Below, in pieces: positions 61,815 to 64,000 of a stretch of 64,000 bases of DNA (positions are counted from its first letter, which is position 1; each line of letters begins with the position of its first letter). The notes under the pieces are model-generated. The model was not told the origin of the DNA and ran no database searches. It saw nothing but the letters and a program-made list of their open reading frames with translations. The stretch comes from Heterodontus francisci (taxonomy: Eukaryota). The DNA lies in NCBI RefSeq assembly GCF_036365525.1, contig NC_090418.1, positions 5,433,492 through 5,497,491 of the forward strand, read 5' to 3'. A program made the position numbers and the translations under genes.

Positions 61815-61957
61815 AAGGTAATAAAAACAGAAAGTGCTGGAAATACTCAGCAGGTCTGGCAGCATCTGTGGAGAGAGAAGCAGTGTTAACGTTTCAGGTC
61901 TGTGACCTTTCAGAATCTCACTATTTCAGATTTCCAGCATCTGCAGTATTTTGCGTT
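61815..61957 (-). mobile_element. Short Penelope 3'-end derivative (partly inverted) with a 15-bp TSD, inserted in a SINE (~61775-62370)
   Basis: cagacaagtaatcca duplicated at 61800-61814 and 61958-61972; body matches 25595-25725. Confidence 0.82.
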
Positions 61958-62493
61958 CAGACAAGTAATCCAGAGGCCCAGATTAATATGGAGACATGAA
62001 TTCATGTCCCTCCACTGGCAGTGTGTGAATTTGAATCAGTTAATTAAATCAATCTGAACTGAAAAAGTGAGTATCAGTCAGTAATGGTGGTCGTGAAGCT
62101 ATGGGATTGTTGTACAAAACCCATCTGGTTCATCAGTGTCCTTTAGGGAAGGAAATCTGCTGTCTTTACCTGGTCTGGCCTACATGTGACTCCAGACTTA
62201 CAGCAATGTGGTTGACCCTTAACTGCTTTCTGAAATGGCCTAGCAAGCCATCAAACTGCTATGAAAAAATATTTCACAATGACAGTACCATTACCACATA
62301 GACTGCAGCGGTTCAAGTAGGCGGTGCACCACCACCTTCTCAAGGGTAATGTCCCATGAATGAATAAACAAAAAGGGCACGGGAGAGCCATGCATGTCTT
62401 TTATAACTTGTTTTTTTAAAAATCCAAATTCTTTGACTGTTTTGTCTGGGTTTCAGTCAATGCATTTGACCCATCTTCCTTCATCATTTCAGC

Positions 62494-62679
62494 GCCAAAC
62501 CGTTCCAGGAGATTTCCGTGTCCCCTCCGATGCCCCTCCTGGGATTGGATGAAGCTGCTCTCTTCCCCCGCTATTCCCGCATGCGGCTAGGGACAGGAGA
62601 AGGGCCAGCGGCCGAATCCTCCCTCTATGAGTATCAGATCCTGAAGGACACCCTTGATAAAGAGCGCACAAGGAGAAAG
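62494..62679 (+). CDS. CNTROB: Centrobin, coding exon 4 (gene continues beyond the window)
   Basis: AKPFQEIS..LFPRYSRMR..LKDTLDKERTRRK vs human TRPLQDLS..LFPRYTSLR..LRDALDSEHTRRK; AAG|gtaagg donor. Confidence 0.92.
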
Positions 62680-64000
62680 GTAAGGAATGGTGCCCGACAA
62701 CAACAACCCTTCCACCTTTTCAAGGCCGTCCTCCAAACCCACCCGTTCCGCTCTGCTTTCTCATAATTCTCTACAACAACAACTTGCCTTTCTGTAGCAC
62801 TGTTTTAAGCAGTAAAATGTCTCGAGGCATTTCATAGCAATGTTAGCAAACAAAATCTGATATCGAGTCGCACAAGCTGTGAGGACAGGGGACCAAAAAC
62901 TTGATCAAAAAGTTAGGTCTTAAGGAGCATTTTAAAGGAAGAGAGTTTTCGGGAGGGAATTCCAGAGCTTAGGGCCCAGACAGTTAAAGGCACGGCTGCC
63001 AATGGTGTAGTGATTTAAAATAAGGGATGTGCTAGTGAAATATCTGCCATGTATCGACGGTCTTTGTGCACTTCGCGATAGTTTGGGGCAGTTAGTCCAA
63101 ATTATCGCAACTGTTCTGCCAAGTAGAGAGTCGTATGTAACTGCACACTGTATACGGGACTTTATGGTACTGGTGTAACTGAAGACAAGTGAAGGGTTTC
63201 ATTTGGATTTCTGAATGTGTTCTGAACAAATACAGGTGCCATTTGATTGCAGTTTTAATTGGAAGGTCTCATTCTGTCGACAATAAAGGTCCAAGCTGAA
63301 TTTGAGCCCAGTTTTCTGTAGCACCAAGGCAGGTTACAAGCCGGTGAGACATGGAGTAAAAATGTTGCATTGATTCATCGGGGGTTGCTGCTCCAAGGTG
63401 ATTCCCATTAATCTGCATAGATTTCAAGTCGTTGTGACTAACAGACCTTGGTGCCTTGAGTTGGGATCTCTCCTCCAACTAGGGACTGCATTAAGAAAGG
63501 CCTTTTCCAGCCCCACGAAATGCATCCAGGACAAACTAATGTGTAATACATGCAGGGGCTGAGCTGCTGGGCTTTTGGGGGCCAAGGTTCTGGGCTGCAT
63601 GTGGCCTGTGACACTCCTGCATTAAACTATCTCAAAAATTTTACGCCGTTTCCTGTTGCTGTCTCCCTTTGTGTTTCCTAGCCCTTTCCCTCTGTGCTCA
63701 GAAAGCACTCCTACTCTGAATTAACATCGCAGGTTACTGAGCAGGATTATCTAACCCTGACCCCCTGCCCAAATAATGTGAGCACCTCCTTTAGTAATAA
63801 GTCACATAAGCCTATTTAGTCAGATTAGCAGGGGCCTGCAGGCGTTTGATAAGCTGCAGAAATGTGATGTTTGTCTAAGGAAGATTTTCTCCTCCCGTGG
63901 CCACAAACCCGATTACCCATCCTGTGTTTTGCTTTGCTTTCATCGGCATTTATGCAGCAATGGGAGTTTGGATGAGGGCATCTTGTATTTTTTTTACATT

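Overview
Vertebrate nuclear DNA, most likely from a cartilaginous fish (inferred from the dense Deu-domain SINE, CR1, L2 and Penelope repeat content); not prokaryotic, no CRISPR. Four spliced protein-coding genes can be assembled by hand from GT-AG exons with consistent phase. (1) A 257-aa PTB/PID-domain adaptor resembling LDLRAP1/ARH (+, 15683-21099). (2) An uncharacterised 8-exon, ~283-aa gene (-, 30983-40815) that the ORF track shows only as fragments. (3) TRAPPC1 (-, 46227-51788, 145 aa), with a U12-type minor intron. (4) The first four coding exons of CNTROB/centrobin (+, from 58305), head-to-head with TRAPPC1. All three putative promoters carry RFX X-box-like motifs, hinting at a cilia/centrosome gene neighbourhood that includes two unstudied genes. 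The rest is repeats: a 5.5-kb minisatellite with ~2.1-kb higher-order structure, several other minisatellites (two grown out of a SINE), a nested L2>Penelope>RTE insertion with a ~276-bp flanking duplication, several Penelope-type minimal hammerhead ribozyme motifs, a full-length tRNA-headed LINE with a perfect 31-bp hairpin, and a hAT-type MITE. Homology calls rest on remembered protein sequences, not on database searches.
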